A program made the translations under genes and the position numbers. A stretch of DNA of 64,000 nucleotides from an uncultured bacterium (GTDB lineage Bacteria > CSSED10-310 > CAZUFC01), in the NCBI GenBank assembly GCA_964619725.1, contig CAZUFC010000001.1, positions 140,396-204,395 of the forward strand, given 5' to 3'. This document shows, piece by piece, positions 9,215 to 18,136 of this stretch. The notes under the pieces are model-generated. The model searched no databases. It was given only the letters and a program-made list of their open reading frames with translations, and had not been told where the DNA came from. Each line of letters opens with the position of its first letter. Positions within the stretch are counted from its first letter, which is position 1.

Positions 9215-10282
9215 ATGAACGAAAACAAACGTCATTTTCTTTTCCTGAGCGCGCTTTTGATTATTTTGATTATTTCAGCGGCCGTTCTTCATCGTTATTC
9301 GGATATGAATCAAAGGGCGGCGCTTGAAAAGAAAGTTGATCCTGTAAAATTTTCCATCACCCGGAAAGAATTTTTGCGTAATTTTTATTCTTATAAAGAA
9401 CATTTTTTCGAAATCGATCATGAAACGGCCCGTAAACGGTTGATGAAAAGACAGGCTGCAGATTCAGTATCCCGCCTGAAAATTGAGGAATTAAAAAAGT
9501 CCTTACTGGCAAAAGCCTGGAAAAACATTCTATCAGGCAGTCTTAATGAGGCGGAGGATATTCTTGTACGTGTCAGGGAGTTGAATCCCGATCCGGAGGA
9601 ATTGTCGAAACTGGAAAATGAGCTGGCGGAACGAAAGTCTGAACTGAAAACAGAAAACCTGAACAGGATGCGACGTGAGCGCAAAGCAGAGGAAATGCTG
9701 GAAAAAGTAAGATTACTCTATTTTGAGGGCCGTTACCAAGAGTCGTTAAGCTTGCTTGATAAGCTGGAAGAAATCGACGGCGGAAATCCTGATATAGAAA
9801 CATTTAAAAATCGAAATAGGGCCGCCCTTAATGTAAAAAATGCAAAAGATGAGCGTGGCTTTATCGCTGAAAAACCATCTCCAGCCCCAACGAAAAGAGG
9901 CAATATAAAACCTCCGAAACTTTCGCCTTCTCCATCGCCCGGATCGGCGCTTCCCTTGCCCAGTGTTGATGTAATTCTTCTCGGTAAGACTGATATACAG
10001 GAACGGACCCCTGTCGAGGTCCTGGTCAGGGTTTCTCCATCGGGCGACGAATATCAGGTGATACTTTATTATAAAAATAAATTCATGTCTGAATACAAAT
10101 ACGAACGCTTGTCAGAGGAAAACGCAGGCGAATATTTCGGGAAGATACCGAAAAAGCATGTTAAATCTCCCGATATGGAATATTATGTAGTGGTCATCGA
10201 CAGCAAGGGCAACAATTTGGCCGAGCCTGCCGTAAAAAAAGTCAAGGTTTCGAAAAGGCAATGGGTTGAACCGCCGCTGTAA
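9215..10282 (+). CDS. Membrane-anchored TPR-like protein with a C-terminal beta-rich (Ig-like) domain
   Basis: N-terminal TM; helical TPR-like segments; Pro-rich linker; ...MEYYVVVID. Confidence 0.65.
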   Translation: MNENKRHFLFLSALLIILIISAAVLHRYSDMNQRAALEKKVDPVKFSITRKEFLRNFYSYKEHFFEIDHETARKRLMKRQAADSVSRLKIEELKKSLLAKAWKNILSGSLNEAEDILVRVRELNPDPEELSKLENELAERKSELKTENLNRMRRERKAEEMLEKVRLLYFEGRYQESLSLLDKLEEIDGGNPDIETFKNRNRAALNVKNAKDERGFIAEKPSPAPTKRGNIKPPKLSPSPSPGSALPLPSVDVILLGKTDIQERTPVEVLVRVSPSGDEYQVILYYKNKFMSEYKYERLSEENAGEYFGKIPKKHVKSPDMEYYVVVIDSKGNNLAEPAVKKVKVSKRQWVEPPL

Positions 10283-10371
10283 CAGGTATTATGATGATGG
10301 GAAGAACGGATGTTCGCAAGCCGGTATGATTTTGACCGCATGCGACCGGGCTTGCATGAGGAGGTAGGGAA

Positions 10372-11583
10372 GTGCGTCGTTATGATATTCCTTTTGATCA
10401 ATTTCAACGTTACGAAGATTTGAAGAAGCTCGTGAGCCAAATCAAACAGGTTTCCAGTTCTTCAAAGCTCAGAATTCTGGAAGTCGGCGGATATCTCGCT
10501 TCAGATGCTCAAATCGGCTATTTGCCCGTTCGTGATTTTTTAACGTCTGATGAGGTTGTCGTTACGGATGTAAAAGATTGTAATGAAGAGAGATATATAG
10601 TCGCATCGGGATATGAATTGCCTTTCTCTGACGGATCGTTTGACCTGGTATGCGCAATGGATGTGATGGAACATATTAATCCGCAAAACAGGATAAAATT
10701 TTTAGAAGAATTGAATCGAACTTCGTCTGAATATGTTGTGATCGCAGGTCCGTATGCCGACAAGAGGGTAGAATGGGCAGAAAGTTATCTGCATGATTTC
10801 GTTTCCGACGTTCTCCAAACAGGCGTTCCAACTCTCGAAGAACACCTGGAAAACGGATTGCCTTCACTGGCGGAGACGGAACAATTCTTCCGCAGCAAAA
10901 ATCAGGCGTGCTTGAGTATTCCGGGCAGTTCGCTGAAAAACTGGATTCAACTGATGATTATCAAACATTTCCTTTATACGGTTCCAGAGAATGACGCTAT
11001 ACAAAAACTCACCGACAGATACTATAACCTTTTCATTTATCCTTCAGATCGAAGCGAATCCTGCTATCGTCATATGTTGGTGAGCGCCAGGAATCATTCC
11101 GGCACGTTGCTTGAGGGGATGAGCGAAAGCTTCAGACTTCAGGAACAGGCAGACAAAGCTGACAGGAAGCTGGATGATTTTTTGAAATTGATAAATCTGG
11201 TGGCCGTTCATCTGTCGGGATTGCGCCCGAATCAACGTATCATAGAATTGGAGAGAATAGTCTCCGGTCAGCACAAAGTTATTCAGGACCAGAATCAATA
11301 TTTGGAAGAATCGCACGGCATCGTAAAACGACAGCAAAAAATAATGGAAGAACGGGATGTTCTAGTCAGAGAGTTCAAATCCGCAGCGGAAGAACGATTG
11401 AAAATAATAGACCATCAAAAACAGGAACAACGGAACCTGATGCGCCGATTAGAGGATATGCAAGAGGCATTGGATTTAAAGGAAAAACATATCCGGAACC
11501 TGGAAGACTTCCGCAACAAAATACAATCCAATTTTATATACCGAACGGCAAAAAAATCCAGACGACTATTCGGTAAAAATTGA
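10372..11583 (+). CDS. Class I SAM methyltransferase with C-terminal coiled coil (glycan-capping type)
   Basis: ILEVGG; LPFSDGSFDLV; DVMEH; long coiled coil; GAGGAGG RBS before GTG. Confidence 0.8.
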   Translation: MRRYDIPFDQFQRYEDLKKLVSQIKQVSSSSKLRILEVGGYLASDAQIGYLPVRDFLTSDEVVVTDVKDCNEERYIVASGYELPFSDGSFDLVCAMDVMEHINPQNRIKFLEELNRTSSEYVVIAGPYADKRVEWAESYLHDFVSDVLQTGVPTLEEHLENGLPSLAETEQFFRSKNQACLSIPGSSLKNWIQLMIIKHFLYTVPENDAIQKLTDRYYNLFIYPSDRSESCYRHMLVSARNHSGTLLEGMSESFRLQEQADKADRKLDDFLKLINLVAVHLSGLRPNQRIIELERIVSGQHKVIQDQNQYLEESHGIVKRQQKIMEERDVLVREFKSAAEERLKIIDHQKQEQRNLMRRLEDMQEALDLKEKHIRNLEDFRNKIQSNFIYRTAKKSRRLFGKN

Positions 11584-11966
11584 ACCATCATTTTTTCGAA
11601 CGAGGCATAACCTGCGGCACTGGCGGCGCATCATACCTTCAGGCGCTTTAACCTGTATGAACCTTGTTCCCTTATCAGCCTTAATTCGATTTAACCTTTA
11701 AAAATATTAATTTATCTGACACATCCAGCGGGGCGGCACATGTTGTCTTTTCGGAGAACAACTTCAGAACTCTTGACATACCCTAGTCAAACAATTGATT
11801 TTAAAGGCTTTACAAGCTCACCAATTCGGCAAAATTATTGTGAAATATTTTTGAATTTCACGACAAACAATATTGATATTCTTTGAACCGTGATCCGTTT
11901 TCATCAAAAAATTCACAATTCTTTTCAGGCACATTGTCAGGAGCTCAGAACTTTTGAAAAATGGCT

Positions 11967-13631
11967 CTATTCGCCTGATGAATTGTCAGACCGGCGATCA
12001 TGATGCCGGATAAAATAAAATTCGTTGTACGGTCGCACAAAAATTTTATTTTCAATGTATCGGGCTGCAAATCGTGAGGCTTCGCGCTGCCCCACGAATA
12101 CAGCCAGCCATTTGGGCGGTTCAACCAGCACATCCACGTTCTGTCGAACGTAATCCAAGTATCGGTCGGTCTTGTAAGCCTGGAAAGCTTTATTATTGAC
12201 CAGGCAGTCCAGATTTATCGCATAACTGCCGGGAGCGGTAAAATATAGAAGATATCCGAACAAGCCGGCGTTGAATGATCCGAAGCGGGTTCCCTGCGGA
12301 ATATGCTTTTGAATATTCTGGAAAAGAGGCGGTACATATTCATCCGGTTTTCGCAGTTCCCACGAGATGCCTGACAGCGAAATAACAGTCAGGCTGATTT
12401 GAAAAGCTAAGGCGAACATGAGAAAACCTGCGGTGATTTTTCTGAATCTGCGACAGAGTAAATTTGCGGCATCACCGATAAGAAGCGAGAATGCAACCGT
12501 AGGCAGCAAGAAATACCAGATATTGTAGGCAGTAAAGTATGCCGCATAGACAAGGAAATGCAGAATGCACGTTATGTAAATAAAAAGCAGGCTTTTTGAA
12601 ACTGAGATTTTTCTGTTTATTATAACGACGGCTGCGGAAATCAGGACGATCACAAATTGAATTCCGCAGAATAGATCGGACCAGCGCCTTTCTTTCAATA
12701 ACTCCTTCGTGATATTGAAATAGACTCGTCTTAAAATGGTCTGCACATTTATGAGAATATTTTTCCCTGCAGTGAAATAATATGTCCCGTCCTTCATATT
12801 CTCCGGAAAAACTTCAGGCAGATCGCCAAAAAGAACGAATTCTTTCCTGGCAAGTCCGCTCACCTGTGAAAAGGACCCGAAAAAAACTTTGCTGCGAATG
12901 AACCAGGGAGAAATGCACGCGACGCATACTATGACCGTGAACAAGACGAAGCCGGCGGCCCTGAAAAGTTTGCGGTTTCTTCTGTTCAAATGCAGGAATA
13001 AAAATGAGATCAGAACTCCTGCGAAAATCAGATTCTCGGTTCTGGCCAGAACGCATAAACCCAGCATTAAACCCAGCATCAGGAAATGAATGAAACGGAA
13101 ACTTTTTCTACCTGATTGTCTGATAAAAAGGTAACTCGCGGCAAGAAATAAAAACATACTTAAAGGCGTTTCCAGGCCCTTGAACGAAATATTGACGGTA
13201 AAGGGACTGGTTAAATACAACAGGGCGCCGATCATTCCTGCTCGTGATCTTCTGAGCGTTTTCAACATCGCATAAATAAGGTATGCGGATGCGCACTGGA
13301 AAAGGACCAGAAAGTTCAGAGCGACTCTGACCGGAATCCAGGGGGCTTCGGGGAATACATAATACAAGGGTAGCAGCAAGACGGCCCAGAGGGGATGGAA
13401 TCCGTCAGTAGGAGCCATGCGATCGAAAGAAAAGCAATAGCCTTTTGTATAATTTCGGCTGACCGTAAAATAATAGAAAGCATCATCGCTGATGTTGGGA
13501 GGAGCTGTCCCGCCGATCCAGATGATCGCCGTGCAAACGATAAAAAAGAGGACCAGAGTTATCCAAAAGACGAATTTCAATATGGTCGGATTATCGGATT
13601 CAGTCGTTTTAATGGAGTTCATCCTGTTCAT
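11967..13631 (-). CDS. GT-C fold membrane glycosyltransferase (ArnT/PMT-like)
   Basis: DDAFYY...GFHPLW, GLET, LARTE; many TM helices. Confidence 0.75.
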   Translation of the reverse strand: MNRMNSIKTTESDNPTILKFVFWITLVLFFIVCTAIIWIGGTAPPNISDDAFYYFTVSRNYTKGYCFSFDRMAPTDGFHPLWAVLLLPLYYVFPEAPWIPVRVALNFLVLFQCASAYLIYAMLKTLRRSRAGMIGALLYLTSPFTVNISFKGLETPLSMFLFLAASYLFIRQSGRKSFRFIHFLMLGLMLGLCVLARTENLIFAGVLISFLFLHLNRRNRKLFRAAGFVLFTVIVCVACISPWFIRSKVFFGSFSQVSGLARKEFVLFGDLPEVFPENMKDGTYYFTAGKNILINVQTILRRVYFNITKELLKERRWSDLFCGIQFVIVLISAAVVIINRKISVSKSLLFIYITCILHFLVYAAYFTAYNIWYFLLPTVAFSLLIGDAANLLCRRFRKITAGFLMFALAFQISLTVISLSGISWELRKPDEYVPPLFQNIQKHIPQGTRFGSFNAGLFGYLLYFTAPGSYAINLDCLVNNKAFQAYKTDRYLDYVRQNVDVLVEPPKWLAVFVGQREASRFAARYIENKIFVRPYNEFYFIRHHDRRSDNSSGE

Positions 13632-15234
13632 CAGGCGAAAGATTTTGATTTCCGAGAATTCTTAAAGCCTTCCATCCTTTTAATCGTTTTCTCCACGAAT
13701 GGCCTTGTTTAGAAAGATAAAGAAAACGGGGATACACTCTCAACCCGGAAAAGACCCGAAGTTTTGGGTTCGAGGAGGGATTCTCGCCGGCAAAATAGTA
13801 ATGTAAATTCAGTTCAGGATATTCCGGCTTGTTTTCACCGTCAAAAATGATGGCGGTGAATTTTTTCTGCCGGATGCTTTCCAGAATATCCTGCGGGAAA
13901 TCCTGTTCATCATTTTTCAAAATGTCGATCAGACCCATCTGATGATAATGCTGGAAACGCTGAGCTTTGTATGTATAGAAGGGATGATGGGGAATCAGTG
14001 CAGGTCCGGGCAACGCGGCGATCTGTTCCAGGAAGTTTTCGCCTGTGCGGATATCCTTCAGGACAGGAATGACGTGATCAGGCGGGTAAAACAGTATAAT
14101 ATATTGAAAGATTAGAACTGCGGCTGCAGCAGCAACTGTTTTTTCAGCCGCCTTTTTATTATTCTTCAAAAAGAATTGAAAAACATTCCATCCTGCCAAT
14201 CCCGTAAGCAGAGAGGCAAACCAGTAAGCAGGGATATAATTATATGCCCATCCGCCAGTGTTGGCTCTCAGCAGAATGCTTGTCATCGCTGCAGGAACGG
14301 CTGCAATAATCCAGAAATTATTGGAATCAGGCTTTAAAAACCCCCGGGGACAATAAAAAAAACGTTGGAGTGACCAGACAAGACTGATGCTTACGGCTAT
14401 CGGAAAAAAACCCGTCAGCTCTCGCGGGCTTTTGATGAAAAAAACATCCCAGAGAGTTTTTCGATGAGCCGGCACGAGGAACAGATAGTGAAAAAACCAT
14501 CCGTCCGATTTGACATGATAATATGTAAAGGCTGCGCTGATGAAAAGCACTGCCGAACCCATGAAAACAAGGGCATTTCGTTTATTTGATATCCACAGCA
14601 AAAAGAACAGGAAAGGCAGAAAAGCCAGCGCAGGCTGTTTGGTCATAACCGCTGCCGTATAAGTTAAGGCGCTGAGTATCAGGCCGGTTTTCGTTTTTCC
14701 ATGATGCCGGATAAGATAGAATGTTAAAACAGTCAGAAACAAATAAAGCATATCGACTCTGGCCAGATCGTACCATAAAAGAGCGATCCCGTAACAGGCC
14801 GGAAAAAGAGAAGATGAAGCAAGCGACCAGAACAGAGAACGTGTTTCCTTGAACAGGATTTTAAGTAAAATCAGCCAGGCGGCTATAGAAGAAACAATCG
14901 ATACGGAGCGGGCGATCCAATATTCCGCTCCGGTTATCTTCATCAGGCTGCCGATTATGACCATGTAAAGGGGAGGATAATTAGACGGAATAAATTCAAG
15001 AGAAGGGGGGCAATACAGCGGTTTATCCAGCATTACGCGGACGCCGTGCATCATGATCCACCCCTCCAGCCATTCCAGATCAAAGGGATAAGCGATTCGA
15101 TGAGCCGTGGTATAACCCAGAAAAACCACAGCGGAAAATGAGGCGCCCAGCAGTATAAGACAGAAGACTCCGGAAACCGATAAAACGGGAATTCCTATTG
15201 ATCGTTCAAAAAATGCGGGAATCCTCAAATTCAT
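13609..15234 (-). CDS. GT-C fold membrane glycosyltransferase (GT39/ArnT-like)
   Basis: YPFDLEWLEG, YPPLY, LARVD, TKQ; many TM helices. Confidence 0.78.
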   Translation of the reverse strand: MNLRIPAFFERSIGIPVLSVSGVFCLILLGASFSAVVFLGYTTAHRIAYPFDLEWLEGWIMMHGVRVMLDKPLYCPPSLEFIPSNYPPLYMVIIGSLMKITGAEYWIARSVSIVSSIAAWLILLKILFKETRSLFWSLASSSLFPACYGIALLWYDLARVDMLYLFLTVLTFYLIRHHGKTKTGLILSALTYTAAVMTKQPALAFLPFLFFLLWISNKRNALVFMGSAVLFISAAFTYYHVKSDGWFFHYLFLVPAHRKTLWDVFFIKSPRELTGFFPIAVSISLVWSLQRFFYCPRGFLKPDSNNFWIIAAVPAAMTSILLRANTGGWAYNYIPAYWFASLLTGLAGWNVFQFFLKNNKKAAEKTVAAAAAVLIFQYIILFYPPDHVIPVLKDIRTGENFLEQIAALPGPALIPHHPFYTYKAQRFQHYHQMGLIDILKNDEQDFPQDILESIRQKKFTAIIFDGENKPEYPELNLHYYFAGENPSSNPKLRVFSGLRVYPRFLYLSKQGHSWRKRLKGWKALRILGNQNLSPDEQDELH

Positions 15235-15331
15235 AGCAATTTCGCATCATACCCGCCTCGTTTGGATTAATCAATAAGTTTCGACCGGATGAGGCGTTAT
15301 GGTCCCGCCACCGTCATTGCAAACGCTTTCC

Positions 15332-16588
15332 CTACAGGCGTTCCTCGTATGCCAGTTCAGTATTCCTCTTTTCGTGTTCCTGTTTCAGTTCGAGTATTTT
15401 CAAATTTTTAGAGGCTTCTTCATGATCAGGATCAAGCTCAATCGCTTTCAAAAAAAATTTACGCGCCTCTCCTAGTTCGCCCTTGGCGAAAAAACTCATT
15501 CCCAATCCGTTGAAAGCGCCGGGATTGTTTCTTCTGCGTCGGATAGACCGGCGAAAGTATTTGGCGGCCTTGTCGGGCTCATCTTGCCGCAAATGAACCA
15601 TCCCGAGAAGAAAATTGTAATAATAGACCTGCTCGCCGTGTTTCAATGCCGCCCTGTAGTGTTCTTCAGCTTTTTTGAACCGGCCGTCTTTGTAATACAA
15701 ATTGCCTATGTTGACGTGAGCTTCCGCGAAATCAGGATCATATTCGAGAGCTTTTCTCAAAGTCTTCAACGCTTTCTGATCCAAACCCTTATGAGTATAG
15801 GCGGCGCCCAGGTTGCTCCAGGCTTTCGCGAAATCGGGCTTGATCTTTAAGGCCACTTTGTAGAATTCAATGGAATCTCTGTCGCATAAGCCGTCTCCTG
15901 ATCCGTTCAGAAAGTTCCGCGAACATTCATATCCAAGATTGTTAAAGAAGTTGGCCGCTGCTTCCAGATCATCGATCACTCTGTACCGGACATATTCCTT
16001 TCTCGGCTCCGAAGCGAAATCAATCAACGCGAATCCTGCATCATAAAAAAGACCTGCACATATATGGCTGCTGTGAACTATGACGTCTCCCTCATCAAAT
16101 GTGCTGCTCAATTCATACACTTCTACGAATACGGCTTTCAAGCCTACTTCACGAGCCATAGCCACAAAAAGGTTCGTGAAAGACAGGCAATTCGCCGATC
16201 CGGTTTTCAATACGTCCATAGCGCTTCGCGTCGCCCAGCGATCATATTTCACGTTCAGATTCGCCATATCAATTATCGCGTCTACCAGCGTCACCGCTCG
16301 AGAATAATCTGTCGTCTGATTATGGGTGATCATATTAGCCATCTCTTTTACTTCCGGTTCTATTTCAAACGGCACCTTGGCGATTTCCAGCTCATCCTCG
16401 TCCAGCCTCTCTTCCAGTATTCCCCATAGTTCCTTCGGTTTGTAAACCGACTTCTTGATCATGCAGCTCTGTGACAAAACGGCAATCAAAAAGAGCCAGA
16501 AAAATATTCTGACAAACGCCGGCCTTTCCTTGCCGGTTCCCGGATGAGACCGCAGTTTGCTTCTCAATTCTTTAAGAGCGATTTTCAT
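15332..16588 (-). CDS. Transglutaminase-like domain plus TPR repeats, probable lipoprotein
   Basis: Hydrophobic stretch then LSQSC; ANCLSFTNLFVAMAR, SHI, IDF (Cys-His-Asp); multiple TPRs. Confidence 0.8.
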   Translation of the reverse strand: MKIALKELRSKLRSHPGTGKERPAFVRIFFWLFLIAVLSQSCMIKKSVYKPKELWGILEERLDEDELEIAKVPFEIEPEVKEMANMITHNQTTDYSRAVTLVDAIIDMANLNVKYDRWATRSAMDVLKTGSANCLSFTNLFVAMAREVGLKAVFVEVYELSSTFDEGDVIVHSSHICAGLFYDAGFALIDFASEPRKEYVRYRVIDDLEAAANFFNNLGYECSRNFLNGSGDGLCDRDSIEFYKVALKIKPDFAKAWSNLGAAYTHKGLDQKALKTLRKALEYDPDFAEAHVNIGNLYYKDGRFKKAEEHYRAALKHGEQVYYYNFLLGMVHLRQDEPDKAAKYFRRSIRRRRNNPGAFNGLGMSFFAKGELGEARKFFLKAIELDPDHEEASKNLKILELKQEHEKRNTELAYEERL

Positions 16589-16758
16589 AATTGCATCGCC
16601 CTCCTCTCAATATTATTTTAGCCGGTTTCGAAGCTGAAACAAAAACTGCCTGTCGCCCTCGTTTCTTAATACAACTTTTTTATTGACTATGTTTCAAAAA
16701 AAAAACGGTACAGCTTAATATGGTTGCGAAATGATATGATATGAAAAGAAGAAATTCC

Positions 16759-16803
16759 GCCTGACGCAGCATTAGGGGAAACTAGCGGTTTACGGATAAA
16801 AAC
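16759..16803 (+). repeat. Dispersed 45-bp intergenic repeat, copy A
   Basis: GCCTGACGCAGCATTAGGGGAAA (23 bp) is identical to 33653-33675; 39/45 identity over the extended match. Confidence 0.85.
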
Positions 16804-16811
16804 GATTTAGG

Positions 16812-16840
16812 TTGACATAACTTTCCGGCTTAGTTAGGTT
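16812..16840 (+). promoter_or_regulatory. sigma70-type promoter for trxA-accD-lptD
   Basis: TTGACA-N17-TAGGTT. Confidence 0.55.
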
Positions 16841-16900
16841 TCGTTTGGAGAATGATATCACCTTTGTCAGGGTCGAAAACGAACCCGGAAAGGAGAAAAA

Positions 16901-17224
16901 ATGAGCGACGTGAAGTATATAACGGGAGATGAATTTAACGAAAAGGTCATTAATCAGAAAGAAACTGCTCTTCTGGATTTCTGGGCGGAATGGTGCGCGC
17001 CCTGTCAGATACTGACTCCTATCCTGAAAGAACTGTCGGCCGATTATGAAGGTAAAATCTCGATATACAAGGTGGACGTGGAAAAGGAAAGCGCTCTAGC
17101 CGCTCAATACGGCGTTGTGAATATCCCCACTCTGATATTATTCAAGGAGGGGGAAGAGGCGGAACGTCTGGTAGGGGTGGTTCCCAAGGCGAAAATAAAG
17201 AAAGCCGTCGACGAGAACGTTTGA
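16901..17224 (+). CDS. trxA: Thioredoxin
   Basis: DFWAEWCAPC, IPTL; AGGAG RBS. Confidence 0.95.
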   Translation: MSDVKYITGDEFNEKVINQKETALLDFWAEWCAPCQILTPILKELSADYEGKISIYKVDVEKESALAAQYGVVNIPTLILFKEGEEAERLVGVVPKAKIKKAVDENV

Positions 17225-17237
17225 AGAATATACGCCC

Positions 17238-18083
17238 ATGACTTGGTACAGCAAAGAGCGAAAAGCAAAAATAAACACCAGTTACGAACAAGTGACGCCT
17301 ATACCGGAGGGACTCTGGGACAGGTGCGACAGTTGTAAAGGCATATATTTTCAGAAGGACTACGATAAGAATTTAAAAGTATGCCCCTTGTGCGGGGCTC
17401 ATTCCAGGATATCAGCCGTTGAAAGATTGAATCAGTTATTTGACGGCGAATATGAATTGATGGATCAAAAATTATATTCGACTGATCCGCTGGAATTTAC
17501 GGATAAGAAAAGTTACAAAGAACGACTGTCGACAGCTCAAAAAAAGACGGGAATTTCTGATGCCCTGATTTCGGCTCACGGCAAAGTAGGCGAAAGGCCG
17601 ACGGTGATTTGCGCCCAGGAATTTTCCTTCATGGGCGGCAGTATGGGTTCGGTGGTAGGCGAACGGATAACCAGGGCCGTCGAATTCGCCATGCAGAAAA
17701 ATATGCCCGTAATAATCGTTTCCTGCACCGGCGGCGCCCGCATGCAGGAGGGCATACTTTCGTTGATGCAGATGGCCAAAACGGCTGCAGTTCTGGGCCG
17801 ATTCAAAAATAAAGGATTGCCCTACATTTCTGTGCTCGCTAATCCTTCGACCGCCGGTTGTCTGGCCAGCTTCGGGATGCTCGGCGACTTTATCCTGGCG
17901 GAACCAAAAGCGCTGATCGGTTTCGCCGGACCCCGCGTCATTGAACAGACCATACGCAAAAAACTCCCGGAAGGCTTTCAACGAGCAGAATTTTTATTGG
18001 AGCACGGTATGGTGGACAGAGTCGTCGACAGGAGAGAGCTGAAAGAAGTTATCGTCAGATTATTTGAATACGCCATGGGTTAA
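17238..18083 (+). CDS. accD: Acetyl-CoA carboxylase carboxyltransferase beta subunit
   Basis: Zn finger; FMGGSMGSVVGE; GGARMQEG; GFAGPRVIEQT. Confidence 0.95.
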   Translation: MTWYSKERKAKINTSYEQVTPIPEGLWDRCDSCKGIYFQKDYDKNLKVCPLCGAHSRISAVERLNQLFDGEYELMDQKLYSTDPLEFTDKKSYKERLSTAQKKTGISDALISAHGKVGERPTVICAQEFSFMGGSMGSVVGERITRAVEFAMQKNMPVIIVSCTGGARMQEGILSLMQMAKTAAVLGRFKNKGLPYISVLANPSTAGCLASFGMLGDFILAEPKALIGFAGPRVIEQTIRKKLPEGFQRAEFLLEHGMVDRVVDRRELKEVIVRLFEYAMG

Positions 18084-18136
18084 TTCTCGCTCCTCGAAAA
18101 TCGCTTGTTTTTGCGATCTCGTGTGGATGTTTCTTA

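Noticed and set aside
11615-11630. GG-N10-GC sigma54-like motif CGGCACTGGCGGCGCA
   Set aside because: Lacks the (T/A)TGC -12 context, and there is no enhancer or downstream gene
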